A stretch of DNA of 63,127 nt from contig JALRKT010000004.1 of NCBI GenBank assembly GCA_023268805.1, positions 1 through 63,127 on the forward strand, in the 5' to 3' direction. Below, piece after piece: positions 1 to 8,948 of the stretch (within the stretch, counting starts at the first letter, position 1; each line of letters begins with the position of its first letter). Under the pieces are notes generated by a model. That model made no database searches. It was given only the letters and a program-made list of their open reading frames with translations, and was not told the DNA's origin. This stretch comes from Bacilli bacterium (GTDB taxonomy: Bacteria > Bacillota_I > Bacilli_A > RFN20 > CAG-826). A program made the translations under genes and the position numbers.

Positions 1-1107
1 CCTGATGTGAAGAAACGAAAAATTAGCCCTCGTCGTCTTTTTGATATGATTGCCTCTTTACAAGGGGAATCAGGTTATCCTTACCTCATGTTTGTGGATA
101 ACGTGAATAAAGTGAATCCATTATCCATGCCGGTTAAATTCTCCAATCTTTGCACTGAAATCTTACAACCAACGGTCACGTCACACTATGCGGATTATGA
201 TAAGCATGACGAAGATGACATTGGGATGGATGTTTCATGTAACTTAGCTTCGGGTCATATGGGTAATATGATTCGTCACAATACCATCAAGGAAACTGTT
301 TTCGCAGCGATGGATGTCATGAACTCGGTTTCCACCAATACGAATATTGGGTATGTTCCTGCGGTTGCAAAAGCGAACCGAATGAACCGATCCGTCGGTT
401 TTGGTATCATGGGACATCACGGTTATATTGCAGAAAATTACATTTTATTTGGCTCGGAAGAAGATATTGATCTTGTCGACGTCTTCTTTAACTTAGTCAA
501 TTATTACTCCCTTGTTCACTCCATGGAAAAAGCGAAAGCGACGAAACTGAAATTTTATCAATTTGAATCCAGTCACTATGCCTCCGGAAAATACTTTGAA
601 GGTCGTGGTGCCATTTATCCTAAAACAGACAAAGTGAAAGAACTTTTTAAAGAGGTTGCCATTCCTACTGACGAAGACTGGGCAGAGCTTAAAGCGAATG
701 TCATGAAGTACGGCTTGTATAACTCACACCGTCTCGCCGTTGCTCCCAACGGCTCCATCGCGTATGTCATGTCGGCAACCCCATCCTTGACACCGATCAA
801 GCAGCTTATTGAAGAACGAACCTATGGGAATTCGAAAACCTATTTCCCTATGCCGGCCTTGGATACGTCTGCTTTCATGTATGAAACCGCCTATAAAATT
901 GATAACTATAAAGTCATTGATGTCATTGCAACCGCACAAAAACACGTTGATCAAGGGATTTCTTTTGAATTAGGAATCACGTCGGATGTGACAACCAAAG
1001 AACTCATTAAATACTATTTGTATGCGCACTACCAAGGCATCAAAACCTTGTACTATACGCGTACGCAAAAATTAAAAATTGAAGAATGTGAATCGTGTGT
1101 TGTTTAG
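1..1107 (+). CDS. nrdE: Class Ib ribonucleoside-diphosphate reductase alpha subunit, C-terminal part (5' end lies outside the window)
   Basis: The frame is open from base 1. The translation has the class I RNR motifs 'FSNLCTEI', 'AVAPNGSIAYV' and 'TLYYTRT', plus the C-terminal 'CESC' redox pair. nrdF and nrdI follow. Confidence 0.9.
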   Translation, partial: PDVKKRKISPRRLFDMIASLQGESGYPYLMFVDNVNKVNPLSMPVKFSNLCTEILQPTVTSHYADYDKHDEDDIGMDVSCNLASGHMGNMIRHNTIKETVFAAMDVMNSVSTNTNIGYVPAVAKANRMNRSVGFGIMGHHGYIAENYILFGSEEDIDLVDVFFNLVNYYSLVHSMEKAKATKLKFYQFESSHYASGKYFEGRGAIYPKTDKVKELFKEVAIPTDEDWAELKANVMKYGLYNSHRLAVAPNGSIAYVMSATPSLTPIKQLIEERTYGNSKTYFPMPALDTSAFMYETAYKIDNYKVIDVIATAQKHVDQGISFELGITSDVTTKELIKYYLYAHYQGIKTLYYTRTQKLKIEECESCVV

Positions 1108-1119
1108 GAGGATAAATGT

Positions 1120-2220
1120 ATGGCCATGAATAAAAAAAGTCTTGATATCGCGATTGGAAGTTTACATTTTAATCCTGTTTCCGCATTTTCCGGCGCGAAC
1201 TGGAATGGAACGGATGATACGTTTACGCAACAATTTTACGAGCAAAATTTATCGCAATTTTGGCGCCCTGAAGACGTTTCTTTACAATCCGATTTACTCG
1301 TTTGGAAAGTTTTACCGGATACCGTTAAACATGCCTACGCACTCAATTTACTTATTTTGACGTTTTTAGATACGTATCAAGGGGACATTGGCATGCCGGT
1401 AGTATCACGTTCCATTGCCGATGAATTTCATCAACGTAAGGCGGTCATCAACTGGATGGCGGCGATGGAAAACGCAGTTCATGCCAAATCCTATTCCAAT
1501 ATTTTTATGACGTTTTTATCCACCCAAGAAATAGATGAATTATTTGCCTGGGGCAAACAAAATCGTAATTTGCAAAACATCATGACGCTCATTGTTGGTC
1601 AATATGAAAAACTTGATCAAATGAATTACATGAAAAAATACAACCCTTCCCAAGTGGATTTCTCTGATGAACAATTCAAGGAAACACAATGGAAAGCCAT
1701 GGTTGCCTCTGTGTTTTTAGAAACATGGTTGTTTTACTCGGGTTTCTATTACCCCCTTTATTTCTATGGCCAAGGCAAAATGATGCAAGCGGGAGAAATC
1801 ATCAACCTCATCTTGCGTGATGAAGCCATTCATGGTCTTTATGTTGGTAAATTAGCGATTGAAATTTATCAATCCTTTAGTAAAGAAAAACAAGAAGTTC
1901 TTAATGACTGGATGATGGATTTCATGAAGAAATTGTACAAAGAGCAAGAAGAACTCGCCGAAACGGTTTATGATCCCGTGGACTTAACCCACGATGTCAA
2001 AGTCTTTGTACGTTATAACTGCAATAAAGCCTTGATGAATCTTGGCTTTGATCCCGTATATGAACACGAAGAAGTCAACCCTGTTGTCCTCAATGGGTTA
2101 AACACGGAAACAAAAACCATGGATTACTTCTCCATGAAAGGGAATGGGTATCAAAAAATGAAATCCGTTGCCTTAGATGATGATGACTTCGTGTTTAATA
2201 AACCCAAAATTAATCAATAA
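1120..2220 (+). CDS. nrdF: Ribonucleotide reductase beta (R2F) subunit
   Basis: 366 aa with metal-ligand motifs 'MENAVHAKSY' and 'LRDEAIHG'. AGGAGG lies 8-13 nt upstream. The gene sits directly after nrdE. Confidence 0.92.
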   Translation: MAMNKKSLDIAIGSLHFNPVSAFSGANWNGTDDTFTQQFYEQNLSQFWRPEDVSLQSDLLVWKVLPDTVKHAYALNLLILTFLDTYQGDIGMPVVSRSIADEFHQRKAVINWMAAMENAVHAKSYSNIFMTFLSTQEIDELFAWGKQNRNLQNIMTLIVGQYEKLDQMNYMKKYNPSQVDFSDEQFKETQWKAMVASVFLETWLFYSGFYYPLYFYGQGKMMQAGEIINLILRDEAIHGLYVGKLAIEIYQSFSKEKQEVLNDWMMDFMKKLYKEQEELAETVYDPVDLTHDVKVFVRYNCNKALMNLGFDPVYEHEEVNPVVLNGLNTETKTMDYFSMKGNGYQKMKSVALDDDDFVFNKPKINQ

Positions 2221-2492
2221 TGGCTGCGCAAAAAGCTTTTTTGTTAACGAAAGACCAATGTCCTCATTGTGAGCATCTCAAACAATTTTTAGCCTTGGCA
2301 TTACGTAATCACTATCAAGATTGCTTCGATTATGTTCATCAAACAAACCATGCGGAACAGTTTGCAACCCTTGTCAGTAAACATGGCATTAAAGAAACAC
2401 CAGCACTCATTATGGGTGACGATGTACTTCAAGGATTTGCGCCACAAGCGACACTTAATTTTTTAATCAAACATTTTGGAAAACGGCCATGA
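2220..2492 (+). CDS. Small thioredoxin-fold redoxin (NrdH/glutaredoxin-like) with a CPHC active site
   Basis: 90 aa. 'CPHC' lies near the N-terminus and 'ETPALI' (cis-Pro region) lies downstream. The start overlaps the nrdF stop (TAATG) and its stop overlaps the nrdI start. Confidence 0.7.
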   Translation: MAAQKAFLLTKDQCPHCEHLKQFLALALRNHYQDCFDYVHQTNHAEQFATLVSKHGIKETPALIMGDDVLQGFAPQATLNFLIKHFGKRP

Positions 2493-2863
2493 GTCTTACC
2501 ATCGTCGTTGATTCAATGACTGGTCAAGGAAAACGTTTTGCGGAAAAAATGGGTTTTCCTGTGGTGATGATTCAAGATGTGACCGATACCATCCAAGGTC
2601 CCATCTTTCTTATCACACGTTCTTACAACTTTGGCCAAATCCCCGATTTAACCAAAACATTTTTAGAAAAGCATCACGAAAAAGTCATCGGTGTTGCCGT
2701 GGGTGGCAACCGTACGTGGGGTCAGAATTTTGGTGCGGCTGGCGATAAAATTCATGCACAGTACCAGATTCCACTGGTACAAAAATTTGAAGGAATAGGG
2801 TTTCCTAACGAAGTCAAAACAGTTCAACAATGGTTAAAAGATTACGTGGAAAAGAACCTTTAA
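2489..2863 (+). CDS. nrdI: Flavodoxin-like RNR activation protein NrdI
   Basis: 124 aa. It has an N-terminal 'VVDSMTGQGKRFAEKM' FMN loop and a 'VGGNRTWGQNFG' motif. It lies in the nrd operon. Confidence 0.85.
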   Translation: MSLTIVVDSMTGQGKRFAEKMGFPVVMIQDVTDTIQGPIFLITRSYNFGQIPDLTKTFLEKHHEKVIGVAVGGNRTWGQNFGAAGDKIHAQYQIPLVQKFEGIGFPNEVKTVQQWLKDYVEKNL

Positions 2864-2911
2864 CAAATTTAATCACCACAAACCCAAAAAAATTGATAAA
2901 ATAAGGGCAAT

Positions 2912-3214
2912 ATGGCAAAGAAAAAACTCACTAATCCGAACGCTGATTTACCACCATTACTCGTTTTATCGACGTTCTTGGCTGAAAAAAAGCGTGAATT
3001 CGTGACAGAAAAACTCAAAGAATTTGGGCTTGTTCGTCAAGAATTTTTTAACCGTAAACTCGGTCATAAAAAAGCAGATTTCCCGTTTAAGAAATTTTTA
3101 GGAAAACGCTATCGTTACGTGACGGCGCCGATGACGGAGGAAGAAGTCAATCAACTCTTCGCGATCATTCAAACGCTCACGAGTCTTCAAAAACAAACGA
3201 AGAAAATTGATTAA
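2912..3214 (+). CDS. Hypothetical basic 100-aa protein
   Basis: Clean ORF with a weak SD (AAGGG) and a terminator immediately downstream. I recognise no family. Confidence 0.5.
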   Translation: MAKKKLTNPNADLPPLLVLSTFLAEKKREFVTEKLKEFGLVRQEFFNRKLGHKKADFPFKKFLGKRYRYVTAPMTEEEVNQLFAIIQTLTSLQKQTKKID

Positions 3215-3215
3215 T

Positions 3216-3236
3216 AGAACCGCAAGGTTCTTTTTT
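3216..3236 (+). terminator. Rho-independent terminator
   Basis: Hairpin AGAACC-GCAA-GGTTCT followed by T6. Confidence 0.6.
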
Positions 3237-3270
3237 CTTGAGTCACGTGATACGATGGATTCGAGGGATT

Positions 3271-3669
3271 ATGATGAATATTTTTTTCACCTTTCTATTG
3301 AGTGCACTTGTCTTCACGGTATTAGATTTATTTTGGCTCGTTAAAGTGGCTCCTCACCTTTATCGTCGCCATATTGGCCATCTCATGGCCGAAAAAGTTA
3401 ATCGAATCGGTGCGTTACTATTTTATGTTTTATACCATGTCGGACTTGTTGTATTTGTCCTTCTCCCTGCGCAAGGAAAACTTTTTGAAGGATGGTTATT
3501 GGGGAGTTTATTTGGACTCGTTACGTATGCAACCTATGATATAACAAACTTAGCGACGCTTAAAGCATGGCCGGTAAAAATTACGGTCATTGATTTGTTG
3601 TGGGGGACATTTTTGACGGGCGTTTCTACCGTGATTACGTTATGGCTCATGGGGGTTTTTGGTTTATGA
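3271..3669 (+). CDS. DUF2177-like small integral membrane protein
   Basis: About 132 aa with 4 TM helices. ATG at 3271 is preceded by GAGGG. The ORF-track TTG start at 3238 lies inside the upstream terminator, so I reject it. Confidence 0.6.
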   Translation: MMNIFFTFLLSALVFTVLDLFWLVKVAPHLYRRHIGHLMAEKVNRIGALLFYVLYHVGLVVFVLLPAQGKLFEGWLLGSLFGLVTYATYDITNLATLKAWPVKITVIDLLWGTFLTGVSTVITLWLMGVFGL

Positions 3670-4502
3670 TTGGTGTTTTAATTTTAACGGGACTTGTCAT
3701 CACCGTCAGTGTGATTCTCTTACATTTCACCATTTATTTTTTTAAAGCAGAAGCAAAAAATAATTATGGAATCATTGATATTGGTTGGGGACTTGGGTTT
3801 GTTTGGATTGCTTGGGCACTCATCCTTGTTCGGACCCAGCTTCTTGGCGTGAATAGTAATTTTCTTTCGTTAATCACCGTGCTCGTTACAACGATTTGGG
3901 GCGTGCGTTTATCTACCCATATTCGTCGTCGTAACGAAGGAAAACCAGAAGATTATCGTTACGTTGCGATGCGGGCAAAAATTCAACCTCCGTTGCGAAA
4001 ACTAAAAGGGTTTGTCAAAATTTTTCTTGTCCAAGCCCTCTTTATGTTTTTGATTGCCTGGGTCTTGATTGCCAATATTATGGTGTCGGGAAATGTGATT
4101 GAACCGTGGATGTATGGTCCACTTCTAGGGGGACTATTACTGTGGATGGTTGGCTTTTATTTTCAAGCGGTCGGCGACGCTCAATTAGCCCGTTTTAAAA
4201 AAAATCCAGTGAACAAAGGCAAACTCATGACCACCGGATTGTGGGCACTTACGCGGCACCCAAATTATGTCGGTGAAGTCTTTATGTGGTGGGGAATCAC
4301 CATCATGGGTTTTGGTAATGGATTTATCATTTCCATGCCTTGGTTGCCTTTCATCGCCATTTTTTCAGCACTTGTCGTCACATTTTTACTTCGGTATTTA
4401 TCCGGTGTTCCTTTATTAGAAAAAAGGATGGTTAACCATCCTGATTTTGCAGCCTATACGAAACGCACATCGATTTTCTTACCGTGGTTTCCTAAAAAAT
4501 AA
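3666..4502 (+). CDS. DUF1295 / steroid-5-alpha-reductase-like (ICMT-fold) membrane protein
   Basis: Polytopic, with the C-terminal 'LTRHPNYVGEVFMWWG' motif typical of DUF1295. ATG 3666 overlaps the upstream stop (ATGA). The longer ORF-track start at 3600 would overlap by 70 nt. Confidence 0.7.
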   Translation: MIGVLILTGLVITVSVILLHFTIYFFKAEAKNNYGIIDIGWGLGFVWIAWALILVRTQLLGVNSNFLSLITVLVTTIWGVRLSTHIRRRNEGKPEDYRYVAMRAKIQPPLRKLKGFVKIFLVQALFMFLIAWVLIANIMVSGNVIEPWMYGPLLGGLLLWMVGFYFQAVGDAQLARFKKNPVNKGKLMTTGLWALTRHPNYVGEVFMWWGITIMGFGNGFIISMPWLPFIAIFSALVVTFLLRYLSGVPLLEKRMVNHPDFAAYTKRTSIFLPWFPKK

Positions 4503-4503
4503 A

Positions 4504-4917
4504 TTAAAGCGGAATTGAAGAATTCAAAATAATGTGGGCGATGATAAGTCCCGTTATGATAAAGGGTAATATTTCGTGAATTTTATTCAAAACACGAATG
4601 TTGCCCTTTTTTTGTTCTTGTAAATAACCCGTAACACCTTGCGCGATTAATAAACCAATGAGGGTTCCTCCCGTTAAACTTGGGGAACCGGTGATCGAGA
4701 ATTGAAGGGCAGCATGGGCCAATGCGCTCAACAAGGCAAGGATGCCAAAGTAGCGATGGTTTTTTTGCAAAAATAATAAGATTTGTAAATCAAGCGACGT
4801 TTTCTTTTCCTTAAGCTTATTGCGCTTCACAACGGATGCTAACGTGAGCTGAACGAGTTTTCGTGTCATGCTCATCGCGATAAAAAAGACCGTAATAAAT
4901 CCTAATAATGGGCCCAT
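4504..4917 (-). CDS. Four-TM membrane protein with intramembrane His residues, unknown family
   Basis: 137 aa. 'HRYFGILALLSALAHAAL' and 'IIAHIIL' place His residues inside predicted helices. GGAGG lies upstream of the start. Confidence 0.55.
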   Translation of the reverse strand: MGPLLGFITVFFIAMSMTRKLVQLTLASVVKRNKLKEKKTSLDLQILLFLQKNHRYFGILALLSALAHAALQFSITGSPSLTGGTLIGLLIAQGVTGYLQEQKKGNIRVLNKIHEILPFIITGLIIAHIILNSSIPL

Positions 4918-4926
4918 ATTTCCTCC

Positions 4927-5562
4927 TTAATCACGGAATTGTTCCGGATCAATAATGTGCTTCTGATACCATTTTATCACGGTTTGGATTTCATCACTTG
5001 AGAGTTGATGTCCGTGTTTAAACCACGCTAATTCGACCGTTGCTTTTTGTGTTTGAAAACGGTGCACAAGTTGATTGGTTTGCGCTTGCGTGACAATAGG
5101 ATCTTCGGTGCCTGCCGTCACTAAAATATCTACATCCTCGATCGGTGTAGGGACGACCTTGGGATCGATATCCATCGGATGCATTAAGATTGCCTGGCGA
5201 AAACTCATCGGTTTTTTTAACATCATTTGGGCAATCATATTGGCGCCATTAGAATAACCAACACCGAGGAGATCCTGGCGATCCAGCTGATATTGTTCGC
5301 ACGCTTTATTCAAAAATGCATCGAGTGCATCGACACGCATGCGGATGTCGTCATAATCAAAGACACCTTCTGCTAAGCGTTTAAAAAAACGGTTCATCCC
5401 AAACTCGCTTACATCACCCCGCAATGCTAAAACACTCGCCTCATGATCAATCATCTGCGCAATGCTTAAAAGGTCGTTTTCATTTCCGCCTGTTCCGTGA
5501 AAAAGCACCAGTGTGGGTCGTCGCGGATTGGTCCCCGGAATATATTTATGAATCATAAGCAT
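4927..5562 (-). CDS. Phospholipase/carboxylesterase-family alpha/beta hydrolase (MhqD/YodD-like)
   Basis: 'LVLFHGTGGNENDL', the 'GYSNGAN' nucleophile elbow and a C-terminal 'HGH'. ATG 5562 has GAGG 6 nt upstream. The ORF-track GTG at 5574 is part of that SD. Confidence 0.75.
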   Translation of the reverse strand: MLMIHKYIPGTNPRRPTLVLFHGTGGNENDLLSIAQMIDHEASVLALRGDVSEFGMNRFFKRLAEGVFDYDDIRMRVDALDAFLNKACEQYQLDRQDLLGVGYSNGANMIAQMMLKKPMSFRQAILMHPMDIDPKVVPTPIEDVDILVTAGTEDPIVTQAQTNQLVHRFQTQKATVELAWFKHGHQLSSDEIQTVIKWYQKHIIDPEQFRD

Positions 5563-5630
5563 TTTTCGCCTCACTTTTTATCAACGGATTTATACTAATA
5601 TTACCAATTATGGTGAAAAAAGGAGATTTT

Positions 5631-6455
5631 ATGAGCGCAAAAGTTGAATTGTCGTTCGATCAAAAAGTAGACAAACTCCTTGGTTTTAACAAAACCATGG
5701 GTCTTGTTCACTTAATCCAAGGGGTTCTCATGATGGCGTTTGCCTTCTTTGTGTATCCCAATATTTCCGAACAAGGGGCCTTTAATATCGATGTCATCGG
5801 TAATTACCTTGAGTTCGTTCCAGGTGAAGGGTTAGTCTTAACCGTCACAGACACGTTATTTCAATTACCTTTCTTACCGTTAACTGCAAGTTTCTTGCTC
5901 TTATCGGCTTTATTCCACTTCCTTATCGCCTTCCCTTTCAAGAAGAAATATCGTGAAGGTTTACGTGTCGGTATCAACCAATTCCGTTGGTATGAATATG
6001 CGTTATCGTCCTCTTTAATGATTGTCTTAATTTCTTCCTTATTCGGTGTTCGCGATGTGGCCGTCTTTGCCTTAATCGCATTAGCGAATGCGGCGATGAA
6101 CTTCTTTGGTTTAGATATGGAATTACTCAACGCAGGCGAATCCAAAGTCGGTAAGAAAATCAACTGGTTACCCTTTATCTTCGGGACCGTCGTTGGTCTT
6201 GCTCCTTGGGTTGCCATTGCCTTCTACATTGGGGTGAACCCCAATTTAGATGCTGTTCCTGGTTTCGTTTGGGCGATTTTAGCCACCTACTTTATCGCTT
6301 TCAACACCTTCCCCGTCAACATGCTTCTTCAATACTTAGGCGTCGGTAAATTTAAAGACTATCTTGTCGGTGAACGTGGTTATATCATCTTATCGTTAGT
6401 TGCGAAAACCATCTTAACCTGGCTCGTCCTCTTCGGTGCCTTCCAACCTTCCTAA
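5631..6455 (+). CDS. Heliorhodopsin (7-TM retinal-binding protein)
   Basis: Motif-by-motif match to heliorhodopsin 48C12, recalled from memory: 'GLVHLIQ', 'LSALFHF', 'FRWYEYALSSSLMIVLI' (Glu counterion) and 'GERGYIILSLVAKT' (Schiff-base Lys). SD AAAGGAG lies at 5619-5625. Confidence 0.88.
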   Translation: MSAKVELSFDQKVDKLLGFNKTMGLVHLIQGVLMMAFAFFVYPNISEQGAFNIDVIGNYLEFVPGEGLVLTVTDTLFQLPFLPLTASFLLLSALFHFLIAFPFKKKYREGLRVGINQFRWYEYALSSSLMIVLISSLFGVRDVAVFALIALANAAMNFFGLDMELLNAGESKVGKKINWLPFIFGTVVGLAPWVAIAFYIGVNPNLDAVPGFVWAILATYFIAFNTFPVNMLLQYLGVGKFKDYLVGERGYIILSLVAKTILTWLVLFGAFQPS

Positions 6456-6484
6456 CGAATCCCGTTAAAATAAGGTAAAATAAA

Positions 6485-6511
6485 AGCTAAGGGAAACCCT
6501 TAGCTTTTTTT
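6485..6511 (+). terminator. Rho-independent terminator/attenuator after heliorhodopsin, abutting the next start codon
   Basis: AGCTAAGGG-AAA-CCCTTAGCT plus a T7 run. The last T is the base before ATG 6512. Confidence 0.75.
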
Positions 6512-7465
6512 ATGAATCATCCTCAAAAACCCGAAATATATCAAGGCTTCGGCCAAACCAATCGCTACTTTGAAGGCTGGTACTTTAAACATGTGACGGC
6601 GGATCAAACGTTCTCACTTGCGCTCATTCCTGGTATCTCGCTTTCTAAGAAAGATCCGCATGCCTTTGTCCAAGCATTTTTAGTCGATAACGGGGAAGAA
6701 CCACGGCTTGATTATCATTATTTTCGTTTTCCCACCTCGGATTTTTCTGCCGATAAGAAACGCTTTCACGTAAAAGTAGGAACCAATACATTCTCATTAG
6801 ATCAATCCCGTATTGATTTGAAAAATGACGATGTTCACTTGCGTGGTGACTTCCATTATCAAGGTCGTATTCCGCTTCCAAAAAACATTTTGAATCCTTC
6901 CATAATGGGACCGTTTGCCTATCTCCCAGCGATGGAATGTTACCATGGCGTACTTTCGCTAAATCATTCGATCACGGGATCGCTATCTGTGAATGATGAC
7001 GTGATTGAATTTACAAGCGGTAAGGGTTATTTAGAAAAGGATTGGGGGCGTTCATTCCCTGAAAATTATGTGTGGGTTCAAGCGAATCATTTCTCGGAAG
7101 ACAATATTTCTTTTTTCTTTTCTTATGCGAAGATTCCTTATTTAGGGTTAAAATTCCTTGGTGTTATTGGTCATCTTTATGTCGCAGGTCAACATTACCG
7201 ATTTGCAACGTATAATGGCGCCAAAGTCATCCAAGAAGTGATTACCCAACGTTCTGGTCACTATATTCTCAAGAAAGGTTCTTTGATGCTTGAATTTGAA
7301 GCGACGATTGATCGCGTTGCCTCCCTTAAATCACCAAAATTAGGGACGATGGACCATCAAATTAAAGAAGGATTATCCGGGCATGTTTCCTTACGATTAA
7401 CAAAAGGGAAACGCCTGCTATATCAAGGGGTCAGCAGCTCGGCTGGCATTGAGTTAATGCGATGA
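6512..7465 (+). CDS. Tocopherol-cyclase-family (VTE1-like) protein
   Basis: 'NRYFEGWYFKH' is near the N-terminus and 'GKGYLEKDWGRSFPENYVWVQANHF' is mid-protein. Both are hallmark tocopherol-cyclase motifs. Confidence 0.7.
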   Translation: MNHPQKPEIYQGFGQTNRYFEGWYFKHVTADQTFSLALIPGISLSKKDPHAFVQAFLVDNGEEPRLDYHYFRFPTSDFSADKKRFHVKVGTNTFSLDQSRIDLKNDDVHLRGDFHYQGRIPLPKNILNPSIMGPFAYLPAMECYHGVLSLNHSITGSLSVNDDVIEFTSGKGYLEKDWGRSFPENYVWVQANHFSEDNISFFFSYAKIPYLGLKFLGVIGHLYVAGQHYRFATYNGAKVIQEVITQRSGHYILKKGSLMLEFEATIDRVASLKSPKLGTMDHQIKEGLSGHVSLRLTKGKRLLYQGVSSSAGIELMR

Positions 7466-8403
7466 AAAAGAAAATAAAATGGGGGCGGATCATGGCCCTA
7501 ACGCTTTATGTTATCACGGTGGGATTTTGGACTGCTTCGGGGTTTAAAACCTCAGAAATCATACAAACCCGTCAATACGTTTACGAAGCGTATGCGAAAG
7601 AACTTCAACTTGATGAAGAGCGCACCATCTTTTATCGCGAAGCTGGGGATACCAATGCGCCTGTGATGCTCTTTATTCATGGATTTTTAGGATCAAGTTA
7701 TGATTTTATTCACGTTTTTGAGCATTTTAAATCCACCCATCATGTCATCGCGGTTGATTTAATAGGTTTTGGACTATCGAGTAAACCTCGTAATTATGAT
7801 TATGGTAAAGAAAATCAAGCGCGAACGGTGCTTGAATTTATCGAAGCCAAGCAATTAAACGATATTACCTTGATGGCCCATTCCATGGGAGGGGAGGTTT
7901 CCTTTCATCTTACCCACCTTGCTCCTGAAAAAATTTCCCAACTTATGTTGGTCGGGTCTGCAGGATACTATCCGGAAGGGGCAATGACCAATCCTCCTAG
8001 TTTACCTCTTTTCATGTACAAAGAAGTGGTTCAAAACTATTACATTCAACGAGCCTTCTTTTTTACCGCCTACTCAGAATACGAACGGAAAAATGGGCTT
8101 ATTACAAATGAAGATTTTGATGAAATGTATGTTGTCAATCGTACGATTCCCCCGGATATACTTAAACAATTTGGTGAGGATAATGATTCGCAAAATATGC
8201 AAGCGATATTCGATACAATCACGCAACCGATCCTGCTTCTTTGGGGTGAATTTGATGGATTTATTCCCCTTGCCACCGGGGAATTACTCCTACAAAGTTT
8301 GGGAGACAATGCCCATCTTGTCATGATGCCCAATGCGGGTCATCTTCCTTTTGATACCTTTTTTGAATTATTTATTGAACATGTGGAGGGATTTATCGCA
8401 TGA
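7462..8403 (+). CDS. Membrane-anchored alpha/beta hydrolase
   Basis: N-terminal TM helix, 'LFIHGFLGS', 'AHSMGG' nucleophile elbow and C-terminal 'NAGHLP'. ATGA overlap with the upstream gene. Confidence 0.8.
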   Translation: MKKKIKWGRIMALTLYVITVGFWTASGFKTSEIIQTRQYVYEAYAKELQLDEERTIFYREAGDTNAPVMLFIHGFLGSSYDFIHVFEHFKSTHHVIAVDLIGFGLSSKPRNYDYGKENQARTVLEFIEAKQLNDITLMAHSMGGEVSFHLTHLAPEKISQLMLVGSAGYYPEGAMTNPPSLPLFMYKEVVQNYYIQRAFFFTAYSEYERKNGLITNEDFDEMYVVNRTIPPDILKQFGEDNDSQNMQAIFDTITQPILLLWGEFDGFIPLATGELLLQSLGDNAHLVMMPNAGHLPFDTFFELFIEHVEGFIA

Positions 8404-8948
8404 AATATGTTTATCTTAAGCAAAAAGTATTCGCCATTCGGGATGAATACAAAGTGTATGATGAAGTTCAAAATGTCTTGTATGAGGCAAAAGGGAAATT
8501 CTTTTCGCTGCATAGTCATAAAGATATTTTTAAAGTCGATGATCCCACCCCCATTTATTCGATTCGACAAAAAGTTTTAACCTTTGTTCCTACGTATTTT
8601 TTATACGATCGTCAGAATGCCGTTGTCGCCAAGCTTGCCCAACAACTTCTTGCCTTTTTTGGGGTACGTTTTAACCTCTTAATTCAAGGGAAAAAATATG
8701 AAATTCAAGGCGATTTCTTTGGTTATAATTATCGAATTGCCGATGAAAATGGTACTGTGGTACAAATTCAAAAGAAGTTTTTAGCCTGGGGAGACACGTA
8801 TCAAGTGGCCATTGAAGATGGCTTTGATGAGGCCCTTGCCGTGAGTGTAGTGCTAATGATTGATGATTTTATTGATGATAAGCGTCGCCAAGCTGCTGCC
8901 GGTGGTATTGCCGCTTCATCTCATTCCTCAGGAGGTAGAAATCGATGA
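8400..8948 (+). CDS. LURP-one-related / DUF567 (YxjI-like, tubby/scramblase fold) protein
   Basis: 'LKQKVFAIRDEYKVYDE' and repeated beta-strand periodicity typical of DUF567. ATGA overlaps on both sides. Confidence 0.6.
   Translation: MKYVYLKQKVFAIRDEYKVYDEVQNVLYEAKGKFFSLHSHKDIFKVDDPTPIYSIRQKVLTFVPTYFLYDRQNAVVAKLAQQLLAFFGVRFNLLIQGKKYEIQGDFFGYNYRIADENGTVVQIQKKFLAWGDTYQVAIEDGFDEALAVSVVLMIDDFIDDKRRQAAAGGIAASSHSSGGRNR

Noticed and set aside
615-954. Minus-strand ORFs 615-800 and 724-954 inside nrdE. Similar antisense or off-frame ORFs occur throughout the track, for example 1142-1360, 5075-5257, 5861-6217, 6645-6881, 12034-12348, 13516-13857, 16415-16789, 27146-27631, 42480-42977, 44164-44628, 51120-51365, 55252-55602 and 58136-58450.
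   Set aside because: All lie wholly within strongly supported conserved genes on the other strand or frame. Their translations are low-complexity with no recognisable motif and no SD. They are shadow ORFs.
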